Of a DNA stretch of 37,434 nt, positions 18,175 to 26,713 are shown piece by piece. The notes under the pieces are model-generated. The model was given only the letters and a program-made list of their open reading frames with translations, made no database searches and was not told the origin of the DNA. Where the stretch lies: IMG/VR virus record IMGVR_UViG_3300020044_006862, positions 1 to 37,434 of that record. The stretch is one strand, 5' to 3'. Made by a program: the position numbers and the translations under genes. The first letter of the stretch is position 1. The number at the start of each line of letters is the position of its first letter. The DNA comes from a virus. Its lineage: Duplodnaviria > Caudoviricetes.

Positions 18175-18717
18175 ATGAAACCAAGAAAAAAGGACGATCA
18201 GGGCAAAGGGCTAGCGCGCTGGCGCTGGATCAAATCCTATCTTGGCCCCGCTCTCAAATACGCAGGCATCACTAGCGACGAGTTCGACAAGATCATCTCT
18301 GGCGGTGACCAGCACGTCCAACAAAGGCAAAGCTCAACAGAGGACAATACCTTTCCATCAATCGGCATCTCCATCAACGGGACATCCTACGCCATTTCAG
18401 GCGAGATCCCACCAGAGGACGGTTATATCTCCATCGCGTTTGATTACGAGCCGACGGTCACTGAGATTGACGGCTCATCATCTCCAGCGTCATTTATCTT
18501 CAGCGGCACCATCAACCTGCTCACGTTGCCAACTTGGATTCTTGGCAATGAACTCAACGCACGCGCAAGCGTTATGCCGGATGGCACTGTCGGATCTCTT
18601 GGGCGCGCAGTCATCCCTGTGGCCTTTCGCAGTAACCAAACGCTGCAAGTTTTTATCCGTAGCAACATCAATTTTCAGACGATTGGAACGCTTGGTATCG
18701 ACGCATACTTGACCTGA
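18175..18717 (+). CDS. Putative tail tip protein
   Basis: 180 aa, basic N-terminal helix then beta-rich. Confidence 0.5.
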   Translation: MKPRKKDDQGKGLARWRWIKSYLGPALKYAGITSDEFDKIISGGDQHVQQRQSSTEDNTFPSIGISINGTSYAISGEIPPEDGYISIAFDYEPTVTEIDGSSSPASFIFSGTINLLTLPTWILGNELNARASVMPDGTVGSLGRAVIPVAFRSNQTLQVFIRSNINFQTIGTLGIDAYLT

Positions 18718-19286
18718 TGAAAACCAACTCTCTAGCATCATCGCGCAAGGCGTGGCGGCTTATCCAGTCGCTAATCAGCAAAGTGCTAACCAATGGACGA
18801 GAAGTCATGATTGGCAATGATGATCTGCTCAAGATGAGCCGAAGCGCGGACACTGGGCATCCGTTCAAGGTATCAAGGTCTGGTAATACCGTGCGCTTTC
18901 AGCCTGGTCTTGTCACAAACTTTACATCGTCATCAACTCCGTCAAGCTGGGTGATTACTGACAACGGAGGGCTCGTTATCACAAGTTTCCCGGCTTGGGT
19001 CGTTCTACGCATCACCACATCAGCCAATCCGCCGTATCAGGTCATCAACCCAATCGAGTCGTATTACGTCGTGCAGGCTGGCGGCTTGACCATTGCGCCA
19101 ATTGCTGAGATTAGCGACCCTGCGGCATTTCTTGGCTCGTTCAGCATCACCGGGCAATCTGTTTCTGAATCCCAGATCGCGGTGCCGATTGCTTATTTCA
19201 CGCAAGATACAACGCATCAACTTCTGAAGCAAAACGTCTCGCTTGTTATCCAGGCTAATCACCACATCATGTTCACTTTCTTATGA
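18717..19286 (+). CDS. Putative tail tip protein
   Basis: 189 aa, same layout as its neighbours, 'HPFKV'. Confidence 0.5.
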   Translation: MKTNSLASSRKAWRLIQSLISKVLTNGREVMIGNDDLLKMSRSADTGHPFKVSRSGNTVRFQPGLVTNFTSSSTPSSWVITDNGGLVITSFPAWVVLRITTSANPPYQVINPIESYYVVQAGGLTIAPIAEISDPAAFLGSFSITGQSVSESQIAVPIAYFTQDTTHQLLKQNVSLVIQANHHIMFTFL

Positions 19287-19942
19287 GCCTTCTAAGCAAG
19301 CGCACATTCCGCCAATGGGCTAAGGTGCTGACTGATCGCGGCTTGACCGTGGAAGATGCCGACGTGGTCGCAGAAATCGGTAACACGGTTTACGTTAAAG
19401 GCGCGCCACAACCGCTTGCTGGCACATCCATAACTGTTGGATTTAACTTTGTTTCCTTCACTGTTGGCGCTGTCTGGCTCAACGGATTTACTTACACCTA
19501 CCCATCATCCTTTCCTGGATCTACGGGCACCTTGACGTTCAATCCAGCGGCAACGTCTGACCTGCTTATTTATTGCTTTGTGCCTTACATCGCGGTCACG
19601 GATTACAGACCATCAGACCCAATCAATCCGCCGGGGCCAGAAGTTCCGGGCTATCAGGTCATCCGAGTTGATAAAAACGGAGACATCAATCTGGAGATCG
19701 CCGCAGAATCTGAAATCACTCCAGAGTATGAAAGCACGCCGTCCATTGTCGACTCGGACACTGGCACTTGCTCGGCAGGATGGGTTCGGCGCTTGCTTGT
19801 GCGGCTGACAAAAAACACATTCAACGGGCAATGGTATGCCAGCATTGCTAGCCAAAGTCCTGAAGAGCTTTTGGTTTTCAATATGCAGTCTACGGTGGTC
19901 GGCAATCAGATCGTGATCGTTCCAAGTGGTGAGCTTGTTTGA
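19283..19942 (+). CDS. Putative tail tip protein
   Basis: 219 aa, ATGA-coupled, same layout. Confidence 0.5.
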   Translation: MSLLSKRTFRQWAKVLTDRGLTVEDADVVAEIGNTVYVKGAPQPLAGTSITVGFNFVSFTVGAVWLNGFTYTYPSSFPGSTGTLTFNPAATSDLLIYCFVPYIAVTDYRPSDPINPPGPEVPGYQVIRVDKNGDINLEIAAESEITPEYESTPSIVDSDTGTCSAGWVRRLLVRLTKNTFNGQWYASIASQSPEELLVFNMQSTVVGNQIVIVPSGELV

Positions 19943-19957
19943 CTTTTCTGCTATTCG

Positions 19958-20332
19958 ATGGCTTGCGACTCAAACAACACACCGCCGAATCAGACGGATC
20001 AGCCCTTGTATATCCATCAGGGCGCTGACTTTGACGCGACCTTCACTTATCAAGATCCGAGCGGCGTAGCTATCGACATCACTGGATACACGTTTGAGCT
20101 TGTCATGGTCAAGGTAAAGCCTGGAGGTCAAGACGTGGCGACTTGGACAACCGCAGACGGCGACTTCTCGATCACCAGCGCAATCAGTGGCGAGTTTGCC
20201 TTGAGCGTCGATGCAGTCGAAACTGCAATACTAACACCGGGATCCTATTGGTTCGACCTTAACGGCACGACTAACGGCGGCGCTGTTTATCCACTGGCTC
20301 AAGGCCAAATCATTGTTGATCCCGAAGCATGA
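19958..20332 (+). CDS. BppU N-terminal-like fibre adaptor protein
   Basis: 'IHQGADFDATFTYQD...IDITGYT...YWFDL...LAQGQIIVDPE'. Confidence 0.6.
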   Translation: MACDSNNTPPNQTDQPLYIHQGADFDATFTYQDPSGVAIDITGYTFELVMVKVKPGGQDVATWTTADGDFSITSAISGEFALSVDAVETAILTPGSYWFDLNGTTNGGAVYPLAQGQIIVDPEA

Positions 20333-23300
20333 GTGTGACCGTCCAAACAGGAAACAGCGTTGCGATCCAGAGTGGGAATCGCGTTATCATCACCGCGCCG
20401 GGGCCGCAAGGACCGCCGGGAAGTGGTGGTGGCGGCACGCCCGGGGGCACGAACACGCAGGTGCAATTCAACGACAGCGGCAGCTTCGGAGGCGATGCTG
20501 GACTGACCTATAACAAGACCACGGACACGCTGTCAGCGACCAACCTGAACGTCAGCGGCCTTTCGACCTTGGCGCACATTCACGGCTCTATTGCTGGCAA
20601 TCTTTACGTCCACATCAAGAACACTAGCGGCGTCACCATAGCCAAGGGCACTCCCGTCTATGCAACTGGCAGCGTTGGCACAAGCGGCGAGATCGAAGTA
20701 GCGGCGGCAGATCACACCAACTCGGCAAAGATGCCAGCGATCGGCATCACTGACGCTCAGCTTATCGCAAACGCTGAAGGCAACGCCGTGGTCGTCGGTG
20801 AAATCACAGGGCTGGCGACCAACAGCTACACCATCAACCAAGAGCTTTTTGTCGGCACGGCGGCGCTCACTGGCACGCTACCAACGACGGGCGAAGTGCA
20901 ATCTGTAGCCATCGTCTCCCGCGTCCACGCATCCACAGGCATCATCGTGGTCAACACTCAGGCAAGACTCAATGCGGCCCTTCGCGCATTAGCCAATAAC
21001 GTCGGATCTGGACTAACTGCGCTCAATGCATCAAGCATCACGTCTGGCTCGCTAGCTGACGCTTACATTGCCAGCGCAGCGACTTGGAACGCTAAGCAAG
21101 ACGCTGGCAGTTACATCACCGCGCTGACTGGAGATGTAACCGCTAGCGGCCCTGGTAGCGTTGCCGCTACGCTCGCAAACACCGCAGTCACTCCCGGCAG
21201 TTACACCAGCGCGAACATCACTGTTGACTCAAAGGGACGTGTCACTGCGGCTGCAAATGGTAGCGCAGGCACGGTGACAAGCGTAGCCATGACGGTTCCA
21301 GCGGGGCTTGCTGTCGCAGGGTCGCCAATCACAAGCAACGGGACTTTAGCCATCTCCTATGACACTGGCTATCAAGGCTTTACGGCGGCAGAATCATCGA
21401 AGCTAGCAGGCATTGAAGCAAGCGCGGATGTCACCGACGCCGCAAACGTCGGCGCAGCCATCCATGGCGCTACAGGCAAAACGACACCTGTTGATGCTGA
21501 CACCCTAGCAGTAATCGACAGCGCGGCATCTAACGCGCTCAAGAAAACAACTTGGGCGAACATCAAGGCAACGCTCAAGACTTACTTCGACACTCTCTAC
21601 AACCTTTACGTGTTGCCCGCACCCACGACAACGGTCATCGGTGGCGTAAAGCGCAACACAGGCAGTGCGGGTCAATTCGTAAACGGCATCGACACAGATG
21701 GTGCGCTACAATATGGCACTCCTTCAGGCAGCGGAAGTGGTGACATGACCAAGGCGGTTTATGACCCGCAAGACGTGGGATACATTTCTGGCGCAACTGG
21801 AGCAGCGACAAATAGCGGCACCGGCGGCACTGGTGGCGTGTTATTTTTGTATGGCGGAAACGGCGATACTAACATTGGCGGCTTGGCTGGAACGGTTATT
21901 ACTGTCGGCGGAAATGGCGATGCTACCGGTAATGGCGGAAACGGCGGGGACATCGACACTAGGGGCGGCATTGGCAATGATGGAGGTCATAATGGAGGGT
22001 CAATCAACACGTCTGGCAACTTAGCCCCAGGCGGCAGCATTAACACCAGTGACGGCGGCGGCAGTATTAATACCAGGGGAACAGGGAGCATCGGCCTTGG
22101 CGCTAGCGGCACCCGCACCACTGTAACTGGCACAGCAACAGCAGACCGCGGCATTGCCTTTCCTAATGCGTCTGGAACCGTTGCGCTAACCTCCGACATC
22201 ACTGGAACGAACAGCGGTACCAATACAGGCGACGTTACGCTAGCCGGAACGCCAGACTACATCACCATCAGCGGCCAGACCATCACGCGCAACGCTATCG
22301 ACCTAGCCACAGATATAACCGGCACTCTCCCGCTTGCCAACGGCGGCACAGGCCAAAACACGCAGACCGCAGCCTTCGACGCCCTCGCACCCACGACGAC
22401 CAAGGGCGACCTGATTGTCCACAACGGAACGGACAACATTCGCGTGGCAGTTGGCGCAACGAATGGGCATGTGCTGACGGTGGATTCAGCAGAAGCGAGT
22501 GGCGTGAAGTGGGCGGCGGGTGGTGGTGGAGGTTTAACTAACATCACCGAAACACTCAACACTGCTAGCCCTAACAACACGGTCAACGCAGAGCAGCTCG
22601 CGGTCACAGGCGGAACGACCAATGTTAACCTTGTGCTGACGCCAAAAGGCACGGGCGGCTTTATGCTCGGCGCGCCGCCCGATAGCACAGGCACAGGCGG
22701 CAATATCATTGGGGTCAGGGCGGTTGATTTGCAACTCACGCACGGACTCAACACCAGAGTCGCTTCTGGCGAAAACGCCTTTGCCGCAGGAATAAGCAAC
22801 ACGGTATCAGGTATTTCAGCGGCTGGTATTGGGACAACTAATACTTCTACCGCAACTGGATCAGTCGCATTGGGCGACTCCAATAACGCGACTGCCAACC
22901 AAGCATTTGCCGTTGGATTCTCAAACACAGCCTCTGGACTAACTTCGGTCGCTCTTGGTAGGACAAATAACGCAACAGGTTCCAGGTCGGTCGCTATAGG
23001 CATCAGCAACACCGCCAGCGCCACGGCATCCGTCGCAATAGGCGAAGAGGCAAATTCATCCGCAGCAAATGCCATGGCTACGGGCCTCAGATCGGGCGCA
23101 AATAGACTTGGAATGTGGGCACATGCCGCTGGGCAGTTTGCGGCAAATGGTGATGCTCAGGCGGTGAAATTTGTGGTCAGAAACAAAACCACCACTAACA
23201 GCGCTGTTACATTATTTTTGGACGGCTCATCCACGCGCTTAACCGTCCCAAGCGGTCGAATCTTACACCTCCAGGTAACACTGCTCGGCAGTAAAAGTGA

Positions 23301-23535
23301 TGGAACAGCAGTGGCTAGTTACATGCGCCAAGTCACAATTAAAAATGTCGCTGGAACAACATCATTAGTCGGCACCGTCAACACAATCGGCACCGACGAA
23401 GCCGCAGGAACTAGCATCGCCATCACAGCAGACGACACCAATGATGCACTGCAAATTGCAGTAACGGGCATTACCTCAGAGACTTGGCGCTGGGTGGCAG
23501 TCGTCGAAGGCGTTGAAATAGCATACGGAACTTAA
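20329..23535 (+). CDS. Modular tail fibre/receptor-binding protein with YadA-head-like repeats
   Basis: 1068 aa, Gly/Thr/Ser-rich; 'GPQGPPG', 'ITVDSKGRVTAA', 'TGTLPLANGGTG' and ~14-aa '(S/A)VA(L/I)G..N.A' repeats. Confidence 0.85.
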   Translation: MSVTVQTGNSVAIQSGNRVIITAPGPQGPPGSGGGGTPGGTNTQVQFNDSGSFGGDAGLTYNKTTDTLSATNLNVSGLSTLAHIHGSIAGNLYVHIKNTSGVTIAKGTPVYATGSVGTSGEIEVAAADHTNSAKMPAIGITDAQLIANAEGNAVVVGEITGLATNSYTINQELFVGTAALTGTLPTTGEVQSVAIVSRVHASTGIIVVNTQARLNAALRALANNVGSGLTALNASSITSGSLADAYIASAATWNAKQDAGSYITALTGDVTASGPGSVAATLANTAVTPGSYTSANITVDSKGRVTAAANGSAGTVTSVAMTVPAGLAVAGSPITSNGTLAISYDTGYQGFTAAESSKLAGIEASADVTDAANVGAAIHGATGKTTPVDADTLAVIDSAASNALKKTTWANIKATLKTYFDTLYNLYVLPAPTTTVIGGVKRNTGSAGQFVNGIDTDGALQYGTPSGSGSGDMTKAVYDPQDVGYISGATGAATNSGTGGTGGVLFLYGGNGDTNIGGLAGTVITVGGNGDATGNGGNGGDIDTRGGIGNDGGHNGGSINTSGNLAPGGSINTSDGGGSINTRGTGSIGLGASGTRTTVTGTATADRGIAFPNASGTVALTSDITGTNSGTNTGDVTLAGTPDYITISGQTITRNAIDLATDITGTLPLANGGTGQNTQTAAFDALAPTTTKGDLIVHNGTDNIRVAVGATNGHVLTVDSAEASGVKWAAGGGGGLTNITETLNTASPNNTVNAEQLAVTGGTTNVNLVLTPKGTGGFMLGAPPDSTGTGGNIIGVRAVDLQLTHGLNTRVASGENAFAAGISNTVSGISAAGIGTTNTSTATGSVALGDSNNATANQAFAVGFSNTASGLTSVALGRTNNATGSRSVAIGISNTASATASVAIGEEANSSAANAMATGLRSGANRLGMWAHAAGQFAANGDAQAVKFVVRNKTTTNSAVTLFLDGSSTRLTVPSGRILHLQVTLLGSKSDGTAVASYMRQVTIKNVAGTTSLVGTVNTIGTDEAAGTSIAITADDTNDALQIAVTGITSETWRWVAVVEGVEIAYGT

Positions 23536-23536
23536 C

Positions 23537-24010
23537 ATGCAAACCATCGGACTTATCCCATCACAGCAACTTGTCAGCCTCCATCAGGACGAAGACGGTA
23601 ACTGGATCGACGTGCCGGAAGGCGAAACGGTTGTGCCGCTGGTGAAGCTGCCGCAGCCTGAAATCACCGCTGCGCAGAAAGCCGAACCCAATCTGGTGTG
23701 GCATGAAGATCGTGTGGAGCGAGACTGGCAAATCATCGACAAAACCGCTGAAGAGATTGCCGCTGAACTAAGCGCGCTCCCCGACGCCGAGAAATACCAA
23801 GTGTTAGACTGGCTCGACGACCACGGCATCACCAGCGCTCACGTTGACGCCGCGCTGCAATCCATTCCTGACGAAACGCAGCGGCGCAAAGCGCTGCTGC
23901 GGTGGCACAGCGTTAACCGCATCCCGGCGGATAATGCGTTTGTGATCCACGTCGCCAACCAACTTAACATCGACCACCGCGAGGCTTGGTCTCAGATTCT
24001 TGCAAAATAA
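23537..24010 (+). CDS. Putative tail fibre chaperone/accessory protein
   Basis: Acidic 157-aa ORF directly after the fibre. Confidence 0.5.
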   Translation: MQTIGLIPSQQLVSLHQDEDGNWIDVPEGETVVPLVKLPQPEITAAQKAEPNLVWHEDRVERDWQIIDKTAEEIAAELSALPDAEKYQVLDWLDDHGITSAHVDAALQSIPDETQRRKALLRWHSVNRIPADNAFVIHVANQLNIDHREAWSQILAK

Positions 24011-24249
24011 TGACACTCGAATCCGCTCTCTTAGCTGCACTCTCTGGCGTCACTGGCGCTCTTTGTTGGGTCGTAAAACTCATGTATGCTCGGCTGGTTA
24101 AGGCTGAAGAAACAGTCGAAGAGCTACGGCAGGAGATGGAGCGGCTTGAGCGCGAGAACGGGCAGAACTCGGCTAAGGTCTCGATGTTTGAGCGATGCCC
24201 GAAGCGGCTGGAGTGTCCGTTTAACGCCATGACCCACGGCCAGCTATGA
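24010..24249 (+). CDS. Membrane protein with one TM helix and a coiled coil (lysis module)
   Basis: 'ALLAALSGVTGALCWVVKLMY' followed by a heptad-rich segment. Confidence 0.55.
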   Translation: MTLESALLAALSGVTGALCWVVKLMYARLVKAEETVEELRQEMERLERENGQNSAKVSMFERCPKRLECPFNAMTHGQL

Positions 24250-24539
24250 GCTTTCCAGAGCCACAACATCTTCGCCGCCAACGGCAAAAAAACCCGAACC
24301 ACATCAAACTCGACGAAATACCCATGAACTCACTCGTTGCTATCCTGACCACCAGCAAGGGCTGGATCATTCGCCAAGCTATCAAGGCTACGGCCTACAT
24401 TACCACGCCACTGACCGCATGGCTTGCCGCTAACGGCGCAGATGGTGACCAGACGCAAGCCATCGTCTCTGGCGTTGTCGCCGGTGTCGCTGTGCTGGTT
24501 GAGCTGGGTCTGTCCTTCATGGCTCGCAAAAACCCATGA
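24246..24539 (+). CDS. Putative holin (alternative start 24324)
   Basis: Two hydrophobic segments, basic C-terminus 'ARKNP', upstream of the endolysin. Confidence 0.5.
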   Translation: MSFPEPQHLRRQRQKNPNHIKLDEIPMNSLVAILTTSKGWIIRQAIKATAYITTPLTAWLAANGADGDQTQAIVSGVVAGVAVLVELGLSFMARKNP

Positions 24540-24676
24540 TTAGCAAAGCCCATCGCCGCCACAAGATCGAACGCATCAAGGAGCGGCTCGCTGTCGCCCT
24601 TGTGCTAATCTTGGCTGCGGCGTTGTGGCTTGCTATTGGCTGGATGTGCTTGAGTGTGATCAAATCACCACCATGA
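24536..24676 (+). CDS. 46-aa membrane protein, not in the ORF track (MISKAHRRHKIERIKERLAVALVLILAAALWLAIGWMCLSVIKSPP)
   Basis: Read manually; ATGA overlaps at both ends; basic N-terminus plus one TM helix. Confidence 0.55.
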   Translation: MISKAHRRHKIERIKERLAVALVLILAAALWLAIGWMCLSVIKSPP

Positions 24677-24921
24677 ACTATCCCTTTCCAACTTCGCCGC
24701 TTGCACTAGCCTTCTCTGAACCCGACGTGTCCAGCATCGCGTCACACGTATTTGCAGCTCACGAAGACGCTAAATCAAGGCTGACGCAGCACGGCAGCGC
24801 AACCGCCGAGATTACCTTTCGGCCTGATGTCGGCGCGTTTGAACTGGTCGCGGAAAACAAGGACGTTGCAAGCATCCTTCGCGCTCTCGGGCCACAGGCA
24901 AAGATTACCATTCATTTTTGA
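24673..24921 (+). CDS. Hypothetical protein
   Basis: ATG at 24673 coupled to the upstream stop. Confidence 0.55.
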   Translation: MNYPFPTSPLALAFSEPDVSSIASHVFAAHEDAKSRLTQHGSATAEITFRPDVGAFELVAENKDVASILRALGPQAKITIHF

Positions 24922-24936
24922 TATGACCCGCCATTT

Positions 24937-25101
24937 ATGAAACGCCTTTTACTTGCCGCCCTCATCACCGCCCTTCCGAGCTGTGTGGCGCTCGATGTTG
25001 TGGAGGGCTTTCGGCAGTTTGGAGGCAAGCCAGCATCAGGATATGCCGGGTGGCGGAATAAGCAGCAAAAGCGCAAATCAGAAAAAAACGCAAAGCCATG
25101 A
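24937..25101 (+). CDS. 54-aa lipoprotein, possible spanin component, not in the ORF track (MKRLLLAALITALPSC...)
   Basis: Lipobox-like LPS-C after a hydrophobic signal; late motif upstream; ATGA-coupled to the endolysin. Confidence 0.6.
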   Translation: MKRLLLAALITALPSCVALDVVEGFRQFGGKPASGYAGWRNKQQKRKSEKNAKP

Positions 25102-25670
25102 CCCGCCAACAAATCCAGGAGATTCAAGAGCGCATCGGCACGACTCCAGACGGATTCTGGGGGCCTAAGTCAACAGCGGCTTGCCAGTCGTATTTGCGCT
25201 CGCTCATGCCATCGCCCAGCGCGTTCCCAGCATCGACGCCGCAAGCCTTGGCTAAGCATTACGGTGACCCAGCCAAAGGCGAAGTGATCAGGCAAATCAT
25301 CAAGCTGGATGTGACCGGGCTCGGTCTCAAATACAGCAGTTCGCCAGTTAAATCCGTCAACGTGCACCGCAAATGCGCTGACTCGCTTTACAAGGTGCTG
25401 GTGGACATCTCCACCCGTGAATGCGCTTGGGTGCTCGGTGAGTATGCAGGCATCTACAATCATCGTCCAATGCGCGGCGGGACTCGCTGGAGCCTGCACG
25501 CCTACGGTGCAGCCATCGACCTTGCGCCGGGGACGAACGGGCTCAACACTCATTGGCCCACAAGAGCCAACATGCCGCTTGAGGTGATGGAATGCTTCGC
25601 CCGTGAAGGCTGGCTTCCTGCCGGGGCATTCTGGTCGAGGGATGCGATGCACTTTCAGGCCACGCGATAA
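25098..25670 (+). CDS. Endolysin, peptidase M15 family with N-terminal peptidoglycan-binding segment
   Basis: 'PDGFWGPKS' binding motif; 'YNHR...WSLHAYGAAIDL...DAMHFQ' zinc ligands. Confidence 0.88.
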   Translation: MTRQQIQEIQERIGTTPDGFWGPKSTAACQSYLRSLMPSPSAFPASTPQALAKHYGDPAKGEVIRQIIKLDVTGLGLKYSSSPVKSVNVHRKCADSLYKVLVDISTRECAWVLGEYAGIYNHRPMRGGTRWSLHAYGAAIDLAPGTNGLNTHWPTRANMPLEVMECFAREGWLPAGAFWSRDAMHFQATR

Positions 25671-25674
25671 ATGT

Positions 25675-25739
25675 GGCGTCACTGGCAAGTTTAAAGGGTT
25701 TTCGTTGTTGTTTCCCTGTGGTGGCTTGCTGGTGACGCC
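25675..25739 (+). other. Long RNA hairpin between the convergent endolysin and methyltransferase genes
   Basis: GGCGTCACTGGCAAGTT pairs with GGCTTGCTGGTGACGCC (17 bp including G-U pairs). Confidence 0.6.
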
Positions 25740-25747
25740 CTTTCGAC

Positions 25748-26713
25748 TCACTTGGCGGCGAGCAATGGCATTTCCTCTTGCTCTCGTTTCTCGCCTGCGG
25801 CCATGATGTTTTTCACAGCCTGCCGATAGTAGGACGGCTTCAACTCAGCGCCGACACCGCGACGACCCATCACAACCGCCTGATAGACCTCGGACCCGAC
25901 GCCCATGAACGGCGTGAATACGACTTCGCCGGGATTTGATCGAAGCTCGATAGCGCGAGCAATGACATCAAGTTGGAGTGGATGGACGTGTTTTTCGTCC
26001 TCGGCATCGCGCGCCTCCTGGTATGGCAGCACGTTTGAAATGTCGATGTCGTGCCAGCTTGAGGAAGCGTAGCGCCGCCAAACGTGGTGAGAGTATTTGT
26101 TGAGCTTTTGGTCGCCTTCCATGCCTCGGAAGTGAAGCAAGTCATGCGGTGGTTTGTCAGTGCCGTAATACTCCAGCAACCCGCGCTCATGGCTCACCGG
26201 AACCTCGTTCTTGCCGTCCTTGCGGAACACAAGCAAGTAATCAGCGCCCGCCACATCGCAAAGCGAAGCGTCAACGCACACCGTCTTGTGAGCAAGACCC
26301 TTTGCCATGGTCCGGTTACGAACCGCCAGAGGCTCTTTCCAGATGTGATGGCGAGCAGTGTATTTAAAGCCGTACTTCTGATGAAGGCGGATGATGTCAC
26401 CCGGGAAATCGGTCAGGAAGTTTCCGAGGTTGCAAGAGTCCGGAACGTCCATCGAGTGAACGGCAGTGCATCGCCCGGGTTTGGTGATGCGTGCAATTTG
26501 CTGGACTACCAGTTCGTAGTGCTCAAAAAACTCCTCGTAGTTGCGGGAGTTGGAGAGATCCCGCAGATCGTTGGAATAGGTGTAGAGCGCGCAGAACGGC
26601 GGAGAATAAACGGAGAAGTCGATGGACTTTTCCGGCATGTCAGACATGACCTGAATACAGTCTCCATTGTAAAGGGCGAAGCGGTCGGTGATATGTTGGT
26701 CGTTTACAGCCAT
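25748..26713 (-). CDS. DNA methyltransferase, N4/N6 beta class
   Basis: Catalytic 'VYSPPF' near the N-terminus; SAM motif 'FTPFMGVGSE' and 'GAELKPSYY' near the C-terminus. Confidence 0.9.
   Translation of the reverse strand: MAVNDQHITDRFALYNGDCIQVMSDMPEKSIDFSVYSPPFCALYTYSNDLRDLSNSRNYEEFFEHYELVVQQIARITKPGRCTAVHSMDVPDSCNLGNFLTDFPGDIIRLHQKYGFKYTARHHIWKEPLAVRNRTMAKGLAHKTVCVDASLCDVAGADYLLVFRKDGKNEVPVSHERGLLEYYGTDKPPHDLLHFRGMEGDQKLNKYSHHVWRRYASSSWHDIDISNVLPYQEARDAEDEKHVHPLQLDVIARAIELRSNPGEVVFTPFMGVGSEVYQAVVMGRRGVGAELKPSYYRQAVKNIMAAGEKREQEEMPLLAAK

Noticed and set aside
22257-23075. 272-aa - strand ORF and other long antisense ORFs
   Set aside because: Shadow frames of Gly/Ala/Thr-rich or GC-rich genes with no motifs or initiation signals
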